Shown here piece after piece: positions 11,843 through 24,400 of a stretch of DNA of 64,000 bases. The first letter of the stretch is position 1. Every line of letters starts with the position of its first letter. Source of the DNA: Histomonas meleagridis 2922-C6/04-290x (Eukaryota > Protista > Parabasalia). The stretch spans positions 248,001 through 312,000 of the forward strand of contig JAANOX010000256.1 of NCBI GenBank assembly GCA_020184695.1. The letters are read 5' to 3'. The position numbers and the translations under genes are program-made. Below the pieces are notes generated by a model. That model was not told the origin of the DNA. It saw nothing but the letters and a program-made list of their open reading frames with translations, and ran no database searches.

Positions 11843-12358
11843 GGAATTTTGAGTCTAAAAAAGTGCTCCGGTGAAAAAATTACCGTGCGTTCAAAAAGTT
11901 GTCTCTTGTTGATTTCGTTTTCAATTTTCTGTCGATATTTGAATAGTTGAAATCAGAGCGTTTTACAGCGGTTGTTTATGCACCCGCACCACGGTGACCG
12001 TTATTCTCTCAAACCCATTAACTAATTGACCGGTCACCGTTGATTCAGGTCAATACATGTATATAAAAATGGAGACTTAAATACTATAAAGCATGTTCAC
12101 TTTATCATGAGCCGTTCAGAATTATTCATCAGTAATTTGAGTTTTGATCATTGATCAAGGTTAAGCTCCTAACTTATCGTGTTTTCGGTTTCTTTCAATC
12201 GTAAACGGTATTAGTTTCAAAAACCTGAAATGAGCTCGTTCAAGCAATTTGTTCATGTTTTTCTAATAATTCAAATACTGGTTATAATTTACGAACAACT
12301 TTCGCATTTATGACTAAATAAAGAATATTCACAATTTATTAAATATTTATTTATTTTT

Positions 12359-15300
12359 TTACTTAAGGTCCTCTCTATCAATCAAAATATTCAACAAGCT
12401 CAACGCTGCACCGAAGAATCCCACAGCCTTTTGTATTCTTTCGAATTCTATTTCTGTATCCTCCAATTCCAATGTTTTCTTTCCGATCATATGCGCTATT
12501 TCTATTGGCGGCAATTTCGAATCTATGAAGTCTACGCTTACTCCCTTGAAAGCGTTCTGCAATTCGGGCGAAGCGTTTTCGAGTAAAGTTTCGACACGAT
12601 GATTCGTATTTTCTATTTTCTCTTTCGGCGAACTTCCGAATTCATTAATGAAAACGAATTTAATTTTGGGGAAACGAATTTTCTTTTTCGATCCGAACAA
12701 TTTGTTATCCATTTTCTTTAAACCGTCCTCATTAAAGAAAGTGAACAACACGTCCAAAGTTTGCAACAAAAACTTAATTGAGTTCGAGTTAATGATCACT
12801 AAATTACTACATGAAATTGCTGCAAATATCGAAATCGCATTTGTATAAAACATTTCCGGTTTACATGACTTAAAAGTTACACCGAATATGTTAATTGTTT
12901 CGTTTTCTTTCTCGAGAAAGTTCATTCCAAAACGTACAGTTCCAGGAATACTTTGGATAAAAGGAATTCCTGTTAAACAAGACAAAATCTGTGATCCATC
13001 AGCATCACTTAAATCGACAAGTGATATAGTCATCGATTTCTTTTCGAAGATTGTTTTCATTGAAGAAAACTGCGAAAAATTCCGAATAATTTTATAAGAG
13101 ATTTCACAAAACGATTGATATACATTAAAAGATTCTTCTTTTTCAACTTTTGGAATTGATTTTAATATTGTTTGTGGAACACCATTTAATCTTTTATAGA
13201 TATTTCTTTTATCAAATGATTGTGTTATTAATGAATCGATTTTATTTTCTTTATCTTTAAGACAATGCATTTGTACTGAAATCGACATTTTATATTTAAA
13301 CAATGAATACATTAAATCTTTGAATTGTTTTTGTTCTAATTCACTTAAATTAGAGACAATTAAATCAATGCTAATTTCTTTAAATGGACAAATTTGTTGT
13401 TTAATTTCACTGATTCCAAACTTTAATAAAGTTTCAGCAATGAAATAAGGAATAACTTTTTGATCAAATGATACTTTACATTCGATTGGTAAATTAAATT
13501 TCTTCTTGAAAAATGTTAAATCAGTAATGAAATTATTAAATTGTGGTGTTCCATCAGGTTTAGTGAAGACAAGAATCGAATGATTTTTATATTCTGCAAC
13601 TCCGACTTTAATATTTAAGCTATCAATACCCCATAATTGTATATCCCATAACTTTAATGTGAATTTATTATTTTCTTCAGTGACTGATATAATATATGAG
13701 CCGCCAGGAATTGTTGTGCCTACTAAAGTGTTTTCATTATGTAAATATAATGGAATGAATTTACATATTCGAATTTTTTTGTTGATCTCATGATCAAAAA
13801 ATGTAGTGATCGAAATTGGCTTTTTAATATGCGCTAATGTTTTAGGATCAAAACAAATGATTAAACATTCATTATTACATGTAATACTAATTATTCCTTG
13901 TGAAGCAGTTTCATTAATGATAAAATCATTGATATGATATTTACCAATACATTTATTATGTGGAATTAAAAATATTACTTCGTTCTTATAAATTAATCTC
14001 ATTTTTGAATAATGTGATGAGATTTTATATATGAAAAATTGATATTCTTTTTCACCAAATTCATTTTCTTCTTTATATATTAAATATAAGTCATTTGTTT
14101 GATCAATAAAATGACTAAAAATCTTTTTACCAATAATAGTATCAAATCTACCAACTAATTTAGGTATCGATACTTTATTTTGTGGTATAAATATTAATAT
14201 GAAATTATTCATTATCTTAATAAGACTTAAAACACCTTTTAATAATAACCATGAATTAATTATTTGAATCCCAATTTGATTCTCAAGTCTAGAAATCAAA
14301 TTAACTTGTAATGGTTGTTCATATACAAATGTAGGTATATATTCTGAATGATAAAACGAATAATTCTTAAAAAAATTAACGTTATCTTTGAATGTCACTT
14401 TTATCGTAAACAATTCAGTGACTTCAATTGATTTTATTGTAATTTCTTGTTGAATATCTTCTTCATTTACGATGATTTTATCATATTTTCGTAGGTTATT
14501 ATTGTTATAAAGTTCTAAAATTTTATTAAATAAATTAATATTAAGTTTATCGTTATGATCATCTTCTAAATCTAATTTGATTTTACACGTTTTGGAAATC
14601 CATTCATACCATTCCATTAATGAAATTATGTCATATAGTTCAATAGAATTAATTTGCTTTGTTGCCCTTCGACAAAATAAATGTGTAGAACCACTTCCAA
14701 ATAGTTGAGTTTCAGTGTTTTGAAACTTTTGGATGAAGTTTCGAGTTTGTAATATGATATCTTCGGGCGTCGAGTTTGGAATTAGATATGTTTTTAAGCA
14801 GATTTTTCGTAACAATGAATATGTAAATTCGGTGATTTCATTAAAAAATGGATGATTCGGTAAATGCTCTAATGGAATGTATAAAAATATTATATCGAAG
14901 TTATCAGTGTTTTTTGGTGTATAAAAAAATATTCCTGGTGTTATGTTATTAGTTATCTTGAGAAGAAGTTCTTTATTTTCCGAGTTAAACATGTTTAAAA
15001 TATCATCGAATTTGCCTATTAAACCGATTTTCTGTGATTGTTTTTGACAAATATGGAAATATTCAATAAATGGTTTGTATGTCCATTGACTGCCAGAAAG
15101 CTTAAATTCGAAAAGTTGAATAAGACTACCTTCTGGCTGTTTGCATGGAAGTGGTGGAGGTGGTTGATTTAATGGTAATGGATCATATATTTCAAGAATT
15201 TTTAAATTATATTTACTGGTAAGAATTAATACTTGAACCCGAGAAAAATGGTTCTCTTTGTAATAGCAGTTGAGACCTTCATTTGTAAAAAATAGGAAAA

Positions 15301-15655
15301 TTGGAGTGATTAATAAATCTTTAAATTTGTTATAATATTCTTTGAAATTATTTGAACAAAAAGTAAAACTATCATCAATACTGTCCGGTTCTGTAACTTG
15401 TTGGTAATATTCTTTATGAGTTTTTAATTGAAATTTGATATTTTGTGTAGGAAAACATGAACCATTTAAAAGATATTTAATATCCTCCTCAGTGGGTTCT
15501 CTAATAGCGTTTGCTATCTCATTATCAATCACAGATGTTTTTGTTAATTGAAGAAATTTAAAAAATGAAGAAGGTATAAATCTTAATTGTTCTGGTTCTC
15601 CATTCAATATGAGTTGCTCTTCGTCTTCTTCAGTATCTTTACTAAATTCATTCAT
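12359..15655 (-). CDS. Large hypothetical protein (1098 aa)
   Basis: Uninterrupted 3.3-kb ORF; no family recognised with confidence. Confidence 0.8.
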   Translation of the reverse strand: MNEFSKDTEEDEEQLILNGEPEQLRFIPSSFFKFLQLTKTSVIDNEIANAIREPTEEDIKYLLNGSCFPTQNIKFQLKTHKEYYQQVTEPDSIDDSFTFCSNNFKEYYNKFKDLLITPIFLFFTNEGLNCYYKENHFSRVQVLILTSKYNLKILEIYDPLPLNQPPPPLPCKQPEGSLIQLFEFKLSGSQWTYKPFIEYFHICQKQSQKIGLIGKFDDILNMFNSENKELLLKITNNITPGIFFYTPKNTDNFDIIFLYIPLEHLPNHPFFNEITEFTYSLLRKICLKTYLIPNSTPEDIILQTRNFIQKFQNTETQLFGSGSTHLFCRRATKQINSIELYDIISLMEWYEWISKTCKIKLDLEDDHNDKLNINLFNKILELYNNNNLRKYDKIIVNEEDIQQEITIKSIEVTELFTIKVTFKDNVNFFKNYSFYHSEYIPTFVYEQPLQVNLISRLENQIGIQIINSWLLLKGVLSLIKIMNNFILIFIPQNKVSIPKLVGRFDTIIGKKIFSHFIDQTNDLYLIYKEENEFGEKEYQFFIYKISSHYSKMRLIYKNEVIFLIPHNKCIGKYHINDFIINETASQGIISITCNNECLIICFDPKTLAHIKKPISITTFFDHEINKKIRICKFIPLYLHNENTLVGTTIPGGSYIISVTEENNKFTLKLWDIQLWGIDSLNIKVGVAEYKNHSILVFTKPDGTPQFNNFITDLTFFKKKFNLPIECKVSFDQKVIPYFIAETLLKFGISEIKQQICPFKEISIDLIVSNLSELEQKQFKDLMYSLFKYKMSISVQMHCLKDKENKIDSLITQSFDKRNIYKRLNGVPQTILKSIPKVEKEESFNVYQSFCEISYKIIRNFSQFSSMKTIFEKKSMTISLVDLSDADGSQILSCLTGIPFIQSIPGTVRFGMNFLEKENETINIFGVTFKSCKPEMFYTNAISIFAAISCSNLVIINSNSIKFLLQTLDVLFTFFNEDGLKKMDNKLFGSKKKIRFPKIKFVFINEFGSSPKEKIENTNHRVETLLENASPELQNAFKGVSVDFIDSKLPPIEIAHMIGKKTLELEDTEIEFERIQKAVGFFGAALSLLNILIDREDLK

Positions 15656-16897
15656 GTGTTGATCAGTTTTGGTAGAAAGAGCAGTAGATTTAGAAATGCC
15701 AATTTAATCCCGCTTTTTTTCATTGGAGAAAAAAACTAAAAAAAATACATTTTATTTATTTCATCACCAAGAATTGTTTTAATGAGAAGTCGTTATAAAT
15801 GACTAACTTCCCAAAAACATAGATAGTGTTATGTCAGCCTTGTTTATGATTACAAATCACATATTTATCAATCTCATATAATTTTTTTATACATTATACA
15901 AACATTTGATGTGTTTGATTGTTTACTTTTTTATGACCTAAAGAAATATTTAAAATATTTCCAAAAAAAAATATATTCAATTGAATTTGAAGGTTTTACT
16001 GTTGGAACCCCAAGCGGCATAAAAACTTCATTCAACATAAAGCAAATTGAGTCAATTGCTTGGAAAGCAAATATCATCATTTTTTAATGTTTAGTTTGCA
16101 TGTAGTTAACCGCAGGGAAAGGCTATAAATGTTTATGGAAAAATATGAAAATAAGGAAGATTATAATGAAATTATTTAATTTCCATTTTTTTTCTTTCTG
16201 TACTTAAAGTTTAGACTTATTGAGTACAACAAAGGCGGATGAAATTGGTCGACCAACAAAGCTTGGTGATAGTTTATGAAGCACAGAAAAATTCAATGCT
16301 CATTATTGAAATATTTTACGTAACTTGGGGTGACCCATGCCATCAAATTAAACTCGTATCGATGACACGTTCCCAAACACACTCAAACATTTTAACCGAA
16401 CATTCAACTTTTTAATTGGAGAGTGACTCTAATTATTAGAAAACTTCGAAAATAGCGTTCCAAATTGAATGGTTGTAAAACAACATTTTGAAATAAAAAC
16501 AAAACCGATTACTTTGAACATAATTGTACAGCCTGACAATCGATAAGTATTCAATCCCCGATTATTCAATTTTCTCTCAAAACAATTTACATTCCAGAAG
16601 CGTCAAAAAACCGTTTGTAAACTATTATATTCCTCTGAATATTTCTATTAAAATGGTTATAAAAAAGTGTAAAATCTTAGTTTATGGATAATAAAAAACA
16701 CGAATATTTTGATGAAACTTAAAAATATCAGAACTTAATTGTATAATCTCAAAATATTAATAATAGATGATATAAATTTATTATTATGTTGGAATTTATT
16801 AGAAGTATATCGGAAAATCTTACTCTTGATTTTTTGGTGATTTCAAAGCATTGAAAAAATAATCGAAAATTTGAGTTAAACTTATGTTTAAATTTGA

Positions 16898-17428
16898 ATG
16901 CATCATTCATTCCAAACGCAAAAAGTAAAAATGTCAGTCTGTTTCATGTCCAAAACATTACCTCCAAGAACAAAGTTTACTGAACTTGAAGACCAAAAAC
17001 TTGTGAGCATCGTGTCAAGCATGGCTAAGGTAAACTGGAAGTTTGTTGCAAATCAAATGGAAGGACGAACAGCCAGACAATGTCGGGAAAGATACAAAAA
17101 CTACCTTTCACCCAACATAAGGTCTTCACCATGGACACCAGAGGAGGATGCACTTCTTCTCCAAAAATATCAAGAATTTGGCCCATGTTGGTCATTCATG
17201 AAACAATTCTTTGACAAGAGGGAATCTGTTAGCCTCAAAAATCGATACGCAAAACTTGTCTACAAGCCTTCTAAACAAGGTTCTGCACGACAAAAAAAAT
17301 CTGATTCAATACCACCAACAGATGGCTTAACCAATCTTTTTAATATCTCATGTGATGTATTTCCAGAAATTGTATGGGAATCTGATAACTCCATTGGAAC
17401 TTTCGGATCATTCGAAAACATCCTTTAA
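16898..17428 (+). CDS. R2R3 Myb-like DNA-binding protein
   Basis: KFTELEDQKL...WKFVANQMEGRTARQCRERYKNYLSP and PWTPEEDALLLQKYQEFGPCW...LKNRY. The true start may be a downstream Met. Confidence 0.92.
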   Translation: MHHSFQTQKVKMSVCFMSKTLPPRTKFTELEDQKLVSIVSSMAKVNWKFVANQMEGRTARQCRERYKNYLSPNIRSSPWTPEEDALLLQKYQEFGPCWSFMKQFFDKRESVSLKNRYAKLVYKPSKQGSARQKKSDSIPPTDGLTNLFNISCDVFPEIVWESDNSIGTFGSFENIL

Positions 17429-17952
17429 CTTCGAAAGACGTTCCAAATTCTCAAAATTCAACATTTACTTAAAATTCAATTGATAACCTGAAATCGTTCA
17501 AAAGTTTGAACTTTTGTTCAATAAATTTTTGTCATGTCACATTTTACCGTTTCAATTTTGTCAATTATTTGAGGATATTTCTGTGAAATTGATAGAACAT
17601 TGTTTCAGACGACATCGTTCTTCTGCAAATAAAATGGGGACAAATCTGTCTAAAGAAGCAATAATCCAACCACTGCAAAGACTTCATTTGGGTTGCATAT
17701 GATATTAAGTATAATCTATTCATGTGTTTGATCAATTTTTCTTCCGTGAAATATAATATAATTAACTTATATAATTTATACCAAATGTTCTCCAACATAC
17801 AGCACATCAAAAACGTATATCAGTTTCTTGAAAATTAATGAAAAATTTGTCTAATCAAAAAAAATTTTTTTAATTAAAATTCAACTTTTATTAGCGCAAT
17901 ACCTTTGAAAACAATTAGAATTCGAACCAAATTTAAAAATTTTATTTATCAT

Positions 17953-20900
17953 TCATATTGAAAGGAAGTCGAATATTGTCGGAGATATGAAGCTATCGAT
18001 CATTCTTCTTGGGCATTTTGCCAATGCTTCGTAATCCTTTACGAATATCATTATATACTTCAAATCCCTTAACACTGCGATACCATTTGTGTCTTCTTTC
18101 TTACCACCTTTCGGACTTGCCAATAAGAAATTGGTATATTGTCCCAAGAATGTCAAATACGCGTATTGATGCTGTACATTTAATTGCCTTAAAATCGTAA
18201 TTATACCAACGATAAATTCATAATGCCCATAATGTTCATTATGAATTAACATATGAAGTCTATCGTCCTCATGAATTTTAGGGTGCCCCAAATTCAACAA
18301 CGTTATTGCGAATAAAACAAATGAAATTTCAGGTACTGAACTTGGTAACGTATAAATTTTCTCTAACGGTTCACATATTCCACAATTTTCTAAGTACGCC
18401 GATAGCGCAATAATTAATTGCGAAGATGGATATGGGTTATGAGTTGGGTCTCTATAAAATTGTTTTATCGCTTGTAACACAGTGTTATTAGCATTTTGTA
18501 ATAAGAAGTGTAAACTATTTGCTTCTAATTGACATTTCAATTTCATATGACTATCAATTGTTGCCTTTAATAATTGTATTTGTCCAATTCCACAAACCAA
18601 ATTTGTCCAATTATTTAAATCGTGTGAAATATTTTGTAATATGTTATTATATACATCTAATGACTGTGGTGGATTCGGCCATAGATTTAACAACGATTGC
18701 ATTGTAGTATAAAAGTTACCGAAATGTTCATTTTCAAATAACTTAAAGAAATTCTTCAATCGATCAGCCAAAATAAATGATAACAATGTATCTATCGATG
18801 AAGTACCTTCGATACCTATAGCGTTACACATTTTGTTTATAGTTTTTGTTCCTAAAACTTCTTCACCAGTATTTGGATTTAACCAACCTCCAATTATTTC
18901 GCAATAAATTCCATGTTTAATATTTGTTAATTCGATTAACATGTCACTTAACACACCTAAACATGTGTTATATTTCTTGTTATCTTTTAACTTCGGTAAT
19001 TCGATTGGTGATATTTTACTTTGGAACTCTGATTGCCAAGAAAGTATTTTCTTACGTAAGAAACGATTCGATTCTTGTTCAACTAAGAAACACATAATTC
19101 GATTATATTCATGATGCCATATCCGTAACCCATCTAAGTTAACATAATCTCCCATATATTCGAAGCTATGTTGAATACCTTCGAGTGCTTTACCTACCAA
19201 ATCAATGATTTGATTAAATCGTTGTAATGTAATTGCATTATTTTTCTTCTTATTATCAGAATTAACAATACAATAATATAACACATTAACGATCTTCTTA
19301 ACAAGTTGTTTTCGAATCCCTTCTTCTAACATTTGTTTAGGATCAACAGTAATTACCCCCATTAATGTAGTCTTCATTGCTAAGACACCTGATGTTAATA
19401 TTGAGATTTCCTTCGTTAACGCTGCTAATTTAGAACGATCATTAAGTTGTGCATATTCTTTAAGTTTTATACGTTCAATACGATTTGGTAATTCTTTAAG
19501 GACATCTGTTTGAATACGGATAATTTGTGCTAAGACATCGAAGATTGAAATTGGTACTATTTCTAATACGGTACGTACGAAATCAACAATTAATGTTGAA
19601 TAATGTTCTGATACTGATACTGCATCTGGTGATTCTGCTTGTACTATACGGATTAATTGTAAATCTAATAATGATGTAAGCTTCAAAAATGTCGCTCGTA
19701 ATTTTAAGACTGAAAACGGATCATTTTTAATTCGATGTTGCATTAATGGGATAAATGAATTAATGATATAAAAGCCATATTTGAAATCACTTAATGTACC
19801 AATTAATGGTCCATATGATTCATCGACACATAAAAGACGTCCTAATGTTTTAAGTGATCCAATGACTTTTGCAACACTTTCTTTAATGAATATACTTTGA
19901 CTAATTTGTGAAAATTGTAATAATTTCTCTAAAGCGACAATTAATTGGAATATTTTTTGTGTGTTTGTTTGTGAATTTTCATTTTCTAATTGCTCAACTT
20001 CATTCGCAATGCTTTCAAACCATTTTTGTAGATTTTCATCTTTTTGTAATGATGATAATGATAATGTACCACTAAACGATAAAGCTAATTCTCGTAATAA
20101 GTTTGCGGCTTTAGTACGTTCATCATTCCATAATTCGGGTTTCTTATTAAGTGCATCATCTAATGCTGTCTTAAGTTCGAATTCAAATTCTGCTAAATCT
20201 AATAGAAACGCTAATAATGTATCGCGGTCCAATGGAAAAACTGCTTTTTTACTTGGTTCAACTGTTTGTAATACTAAAAATCGTAAAATAACATTTGAGT
20301 CTCGAACGACTTTAACATAATTATCAATGTTATCAAGTAATTGTTCAAGTTTAGTAAAGCCATCCGATAATATTTGCTTGATTTGTGAATGATATTTTGG
20401 TAATAATGAAATCATTCGTTGATAATATTGATTCGCATTAGTTTTCATTGCTTCTGAGACTGCTGAATATGCAGCTGGAAATGGCTTCCAAACGACATTT
20501 AAATCAAAGCAACTTCCCATAAAATATGGAACAATCCAATTATCAAAGAAAAATCGACTTGTAATTTCTTTCATTAGATATGTACTACTTTGTAATGTTT
20601 CGGGTGAAAATAATAAGAAAATGAATAACATTGCTCCTTGAGTAGCTAAGGCTACACTTCGATGTTCTGCATCAGGATAATTAGGCATTTGAAGATAGAC
20701 ATCGTCATTACGATAGCGATCAATTAAAAGGTTTACAAAATTTGATGGGATTTCAATTCGATTAATTAACTCAAGTGGATAAGCAGGAGGTATTGGATGG
20801 CCTTTAACATAACCAGTGGACCTACAAACCTCACAAACCTTGGAATAATTAAGTAATAATGATGAACCTCTCCATCGACTAAAAGCTACAAGAATTCGCT

Positions 20901-21384
20901 CTCGAACAATGCCTGGAATATATGAATCCATTTGAAGAAGCATTACACCATATTGATAAAGTGCTTCTCCAAGAAGTTGTTTGCCATCTGTTTCTCGAAG
21001 AAGTGATTCGACTGACATTTGAAGAAAATAATTTTGTGAAAGTTGATCAAGGTAATGAAGAAAATCAAGAACATATCGAACTATTGATTCAAATAAACGA
21101 GAAAATCGAGTAACAATTTCTACATGTGTTTCTCTACATTCTTCATCAAGATTTTTAAGTTCTTGATTATGTTCAATGGTGGATTCAATCTCGGATTCCC
21201 TGCCAATATAATCAAAATCATAAAGAATTTTTGCATATGGATGAGTTAAATTTGTCTTTGGAAAGGTGAAATCTTCTGGAATATATTGCGAAAGCCGCTG
21301 AATTTCGGCAATAATGGAGCTACCACGTGATACTATTGTCAAAAGGCTCCATCCACATGGGTTTGATTTAGATAGTAGTTCCAT
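17953..21384 (-). CDS. WASHC5: WASH complex subunit strumpellin
   Basis: N-terminal CGWSLLTIVSRGSSIIAEIQRLSQYIP, HRSVALATQGAMLFIFLLFSP, and MKTTLMGVITVDPKQMLEEGIRKQLV; 1143 aa matches strumpellin size. Confidence 0.95.
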   Translation of the reverse strand: MELLSKSNPCGWSLLTIVSRGSSIIAEIQRLSQYIPEDFTFPKTNLTHPYAKILYDFDYIGRESEIESTIEHNQELKNLDEECRETHVEIVTRFSRLFESIVRYVLDFLHYLDQLSQNYFLQMSVESLLRETDGKQLLGEALYQYGVMLLQMDSYIPGIVRERILVAFSRWRGSSLLLNYSKVCEVCRSTGYVKGHPIPPAYPLELINRIEIPSNFVNLLIDRYRNDDVYLQMPNYPDAEHRSVALATQGAMLFIFLLFSPETLQSSTYLMKEITSRFFFDNWIVPYFMGSCFDLNVVWKPFPAAYSAVSEAMKTNANQYYQRMISLLPKYHSQIKQILSDGFTKLEQLLDNIDNYVKVVRDSNVILRFLVLQTVEPSKKAVFPLDRDTLLAFLLDLAEFEFELKTALDDALNKKPELWNDERTKAANLLRELALSFSGTLSLSSLQKDENLQKWFESIANEVEQLENENSQTNTQKIFQLIVALEKLLQFSQISQSIFIKESVAKVIGSLKTLGRLLCVDESYGPLIGTLSDFKYGFYIINSFIPLMQHRIKNDPFSVLKLRATFLKLTSLLDLQLIRIVQAESPDAVSVSEHYSTLIVDFVRTVLEIVPISIFDVLAQIIRIQTDVLKELPNRIERIKLKEYAQLNDRSKLAALTKEISILTSGVLAMKTTLMGVITVDPKQMLEEGIRKQLVKKIVNVLYYCIVNSDNKKKNNAITLQRFNQIIDLVGKALEGIQHSFEYMGDYVNLDGLRIWHHEYNRIMCFLVEQESNRFLRKKILSWQSEFQSKISPIELPKLKDNKKYNTCLGVLSDMLIELTNIKHGIYCEIIGGWLNPNTGEEVLGTKTINKMCNAIGIEGTSSIDTLLSFILADRLKNFFKLFENEHFGNFYTTMQSLLNLWPNPPQSLDVYNNILQNISHDLNNWTNLVCGIGQIQLLKATIDSHMKLKCQLEANSLHFLLQNANNTVLQAIKQFYRDPTHNPYPSSQLIIALSAYLENCGICEPLEKIYTLPSSVPEISFVLFAITLLNLGHPKIHEDDRLHMLIHNEHYGHYEFIVGIITILRQLNVQHQYAYLTFLGQYTNFLLASPKGGKKEDTNGIAVLRDLKYIMIFVKDYEALAKCPRRMIDSFISPTIFDFLSI

Positions 21385-21441
21385 TTATAGGAAAATATTT
21401 TGTTAAAAATAACCGTATTTAACCACAAACGATATGAACTC

Positions 21442-21461
21442 GGGGCGCCCCTAAACCGTTT
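21442..21461. promoter_or_regulatory. Candidate core elements in a 106-nt bidirectional promoter: GGGGCGCCCC palindrome and AACCGTTT (trichomonad M3-like motif)
   Basis: Lies between the divergent ATGs at 21384 (-) and 21491 (+). A similar GACCGTTT occurs at 33570-33577, upstream of the ATG at 33608. Confidence 0.35.
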
Positions 21462-21490
21462 GAATCCTGCGAATTAACGTATCTCAAAAA

Positions 21491-24400
21491 ATGAGCTCGC
21501 TCCCAATTTTAAATAGTAATTCACGAATAGCGATGCTCAAGAAGCAGATTGCTGATCTTAAAAAGGAAAATAGAGATCATGTTCGTGATATTAATAAATT
21601 AATGCAATCAACTTCAAATATACTTCAAGCAAATGAACGACTTAAACAACAAATAATATATAGAAAGAACCAAATTGAATCAATGCACCAAGATATCGAA
21701 AATTCACCAAACGAAATAAAAAAAGCAGAAAATGAACGAAATCGTGCACGACATCGTTTTCAAAAATATCAACGGCAATTTACTAAGTCAACTAAAGGCG
21801 TTACCATTAAAAAAGTCAAAAAAGAAATCCATAAATTATATCAAGCAATTGTCAAAACACGAAAAGAAACCATTGAATATCGAAATAAAGTTGACAACGA
21901 AACAGAACTTATCAACGAAATCATCAAATTTAATAAGTTAAAGAAAGAACTAATTAAAATGAACCAAAAACTTCGTGAGGAAGCATTTAAAATTCTTAAC
22001 AGCAGTGAATTTCGTAAATTTATATCCAAACCAGAAAACAATGAAAAACTTGAGCAACTTCGTTTAAGTTTATTAAATACTCAAAGTTTATATCAAGAAA
22101 ATTTATATGATTCGGAACATGATGAAGAAAGTAGTAGTGTAATTGCATATTTCCAACGTAATGAAGAAATACAAAAAGCTTTTCCAATATTTAATGAACT
22201 TGAATCGATTTTTCGTGGACAACAATTAACTACAACAAGTCAAATCTCTGATGCACAATATCAACAATTATCTGAACTAATAAGTTCTGATGAATCTTCA
22301 ATATCTAATCAAGAACAAACAAGTACATTAACAAAAGATATTTCATTTAATATTTCACAAATTAATGATCAAAATCAAGATAATAATCAATTTAGTAAAA
22401 CATATTCATTTAACAAAAATAATAAAGTAAATAATAATGTTCATATATCGGAAAAACCACATTCGGATAATGAATTAAATTCTTCATCTTTTTATAAAAA
22501 AGAAATGAATTCTGATACTTATCATTTTCAGCCTTATTCATTCTCTAAGGCTTGTGACTTTTATTCATATAGCGATGAAAATGATGAAATAATTCATTTA
22601 AAGAAACCAAAAACACATAAAACTAAAAAGCGAATCAAGAAAAAGAAACATAATTCGGGAAAAAATGTTACCAAAAGTTCATTTAATACAGATAAAGAAA
22701 ATAATTTATCTAAATCTGAAAACATAAAGAAAAAGATTAACAACCAAAATGAAAAACAAAATTTAAGTGAAAATAATTTATCTAAATCTGAAAACATAAA
22801 GAAAAAGATTGATAATGATAAGCAAAATCTAAAACAGAATTCAAATAAAGAAAATAATTTATCTAAATCTGAAAACATAAAGAAAAAAATTAATAACCAA
22901 AATGAAAAGCAAAATTTAAGTGAAAATAATTCAGATAAAGGAAATAATGAAAATAAGAAACAAGCAAATAAAAATATTCGTAGTGAAAGACCACAGCAAA
23001 GCGAAGAGATAAAACAAAATTTAACAGAAAGTGATTCATATGATTCAACTAAAGAAAATAATAAATTCACAAAATCCAAAAAAATAAAGAAAAATATTTA
23101 TGGTGTTAAACAAAATACAAAGCAGAATTCTGATAATAAAGAAAATTCTCAAAGCGATTCATCTAATTCAAATGAAAAGAATAATAACAAAAAACAAATT
23201 GTTGAAGAATCAGATGATAATGATAATCAAAGCACAATTTCCACTGTAACAATTGATTCCACACAAGATAATAAGCTTCCACTTTTAAAAGCAAATTCTT
23301 TAACAAAGATTTATCCAAATGATAATAAAAACAATAACATTAATATTGCAATTGATCCAATGCATAAAAAAGTCAACAAAAATTTATTTCATAAAAGTAA
23401 TTCCAAAATTTTCAAATCCGAAGATTCGTTTAATAGTGAAATTATTCATACGCCATCAAATATAAAGAAAAGTAAACAAAGTTATTCATATAATAAAGGG
23501 TTAAAACTTTTAATAAAACCAATTGATTATATACAAGCAAATCGACTCTATGATTCAAAAGGAAAAGAAATCGAAAATCCAATTGAAATTGATGCAAATG
23601 GAAAATGTATAAATAATGAAATTTATGATAAAGATGGAAATAAATTAAATCGATATGTGAAAAATAAACAAATATTCGATATAAAAGGAAATGAATATCG
23701 AAACATAATTGAACTTGATTCAAAAGGAAATATTAAAAATTCTAATCTTAAAGTTTATGATATTGAAGGAAAAGAAGTAAAAAATGTTCCTTCATTTCAT
23801 AGAAACACTTTTGAATTACATGATTTCTATGATTCAAAAGGTAATAAAATTAAAAATCCCGTTTTTATTACACCAAGTGGTTATTGTATTAATCGAAGTA
23901 TATATGATAATAAAGGTAATGAATTATTTACAATTGATATTATTAATATTAATAATTTACAAATTTTCGATTCTAATTTTAATAAATTAAATGATATAAT
24001 TCAAATTGATAATAATTTTAATACTAAAAATAAAAAAGTTTATGATGCAAATGGTAAAGAAATTCGAAACATATTATTAAATGCTGAATTTCATACTTCC
24101 GAAATAAAACAAGATTCAAATTATGAAACTGAAACTGAAGCAGAATATGAATCTGAAATCACTGAAATTAAAACAGAAAATCCGAATAAAATTAAAGAAA
24201 TCGAATCAATTAATATGAAAGAAGAAAATTCTGAAACAGAAACAGATTCAATTGAAGAAAATCAAATTCAACAAAAATCGAATATATCAAAATCTAAAAC
24301 TAAAAAAGAAAATAATTCATTTATATTAGAAACTAAATGGGCAAATGGTTTACTTAAAGATGCGATTTCATCACAACTTACTCGTACTGATTTACATTTA

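Noticed and set aside
15700-17900. GC-richer patches at 16.0-16.6 kb and 17.5-17.8 kb as genes or RNAs
   Set aside because: They are possibly decayed coding or transposon remnants, but no recognisable motif, tRNA cloverleaf or sustained frame is present.
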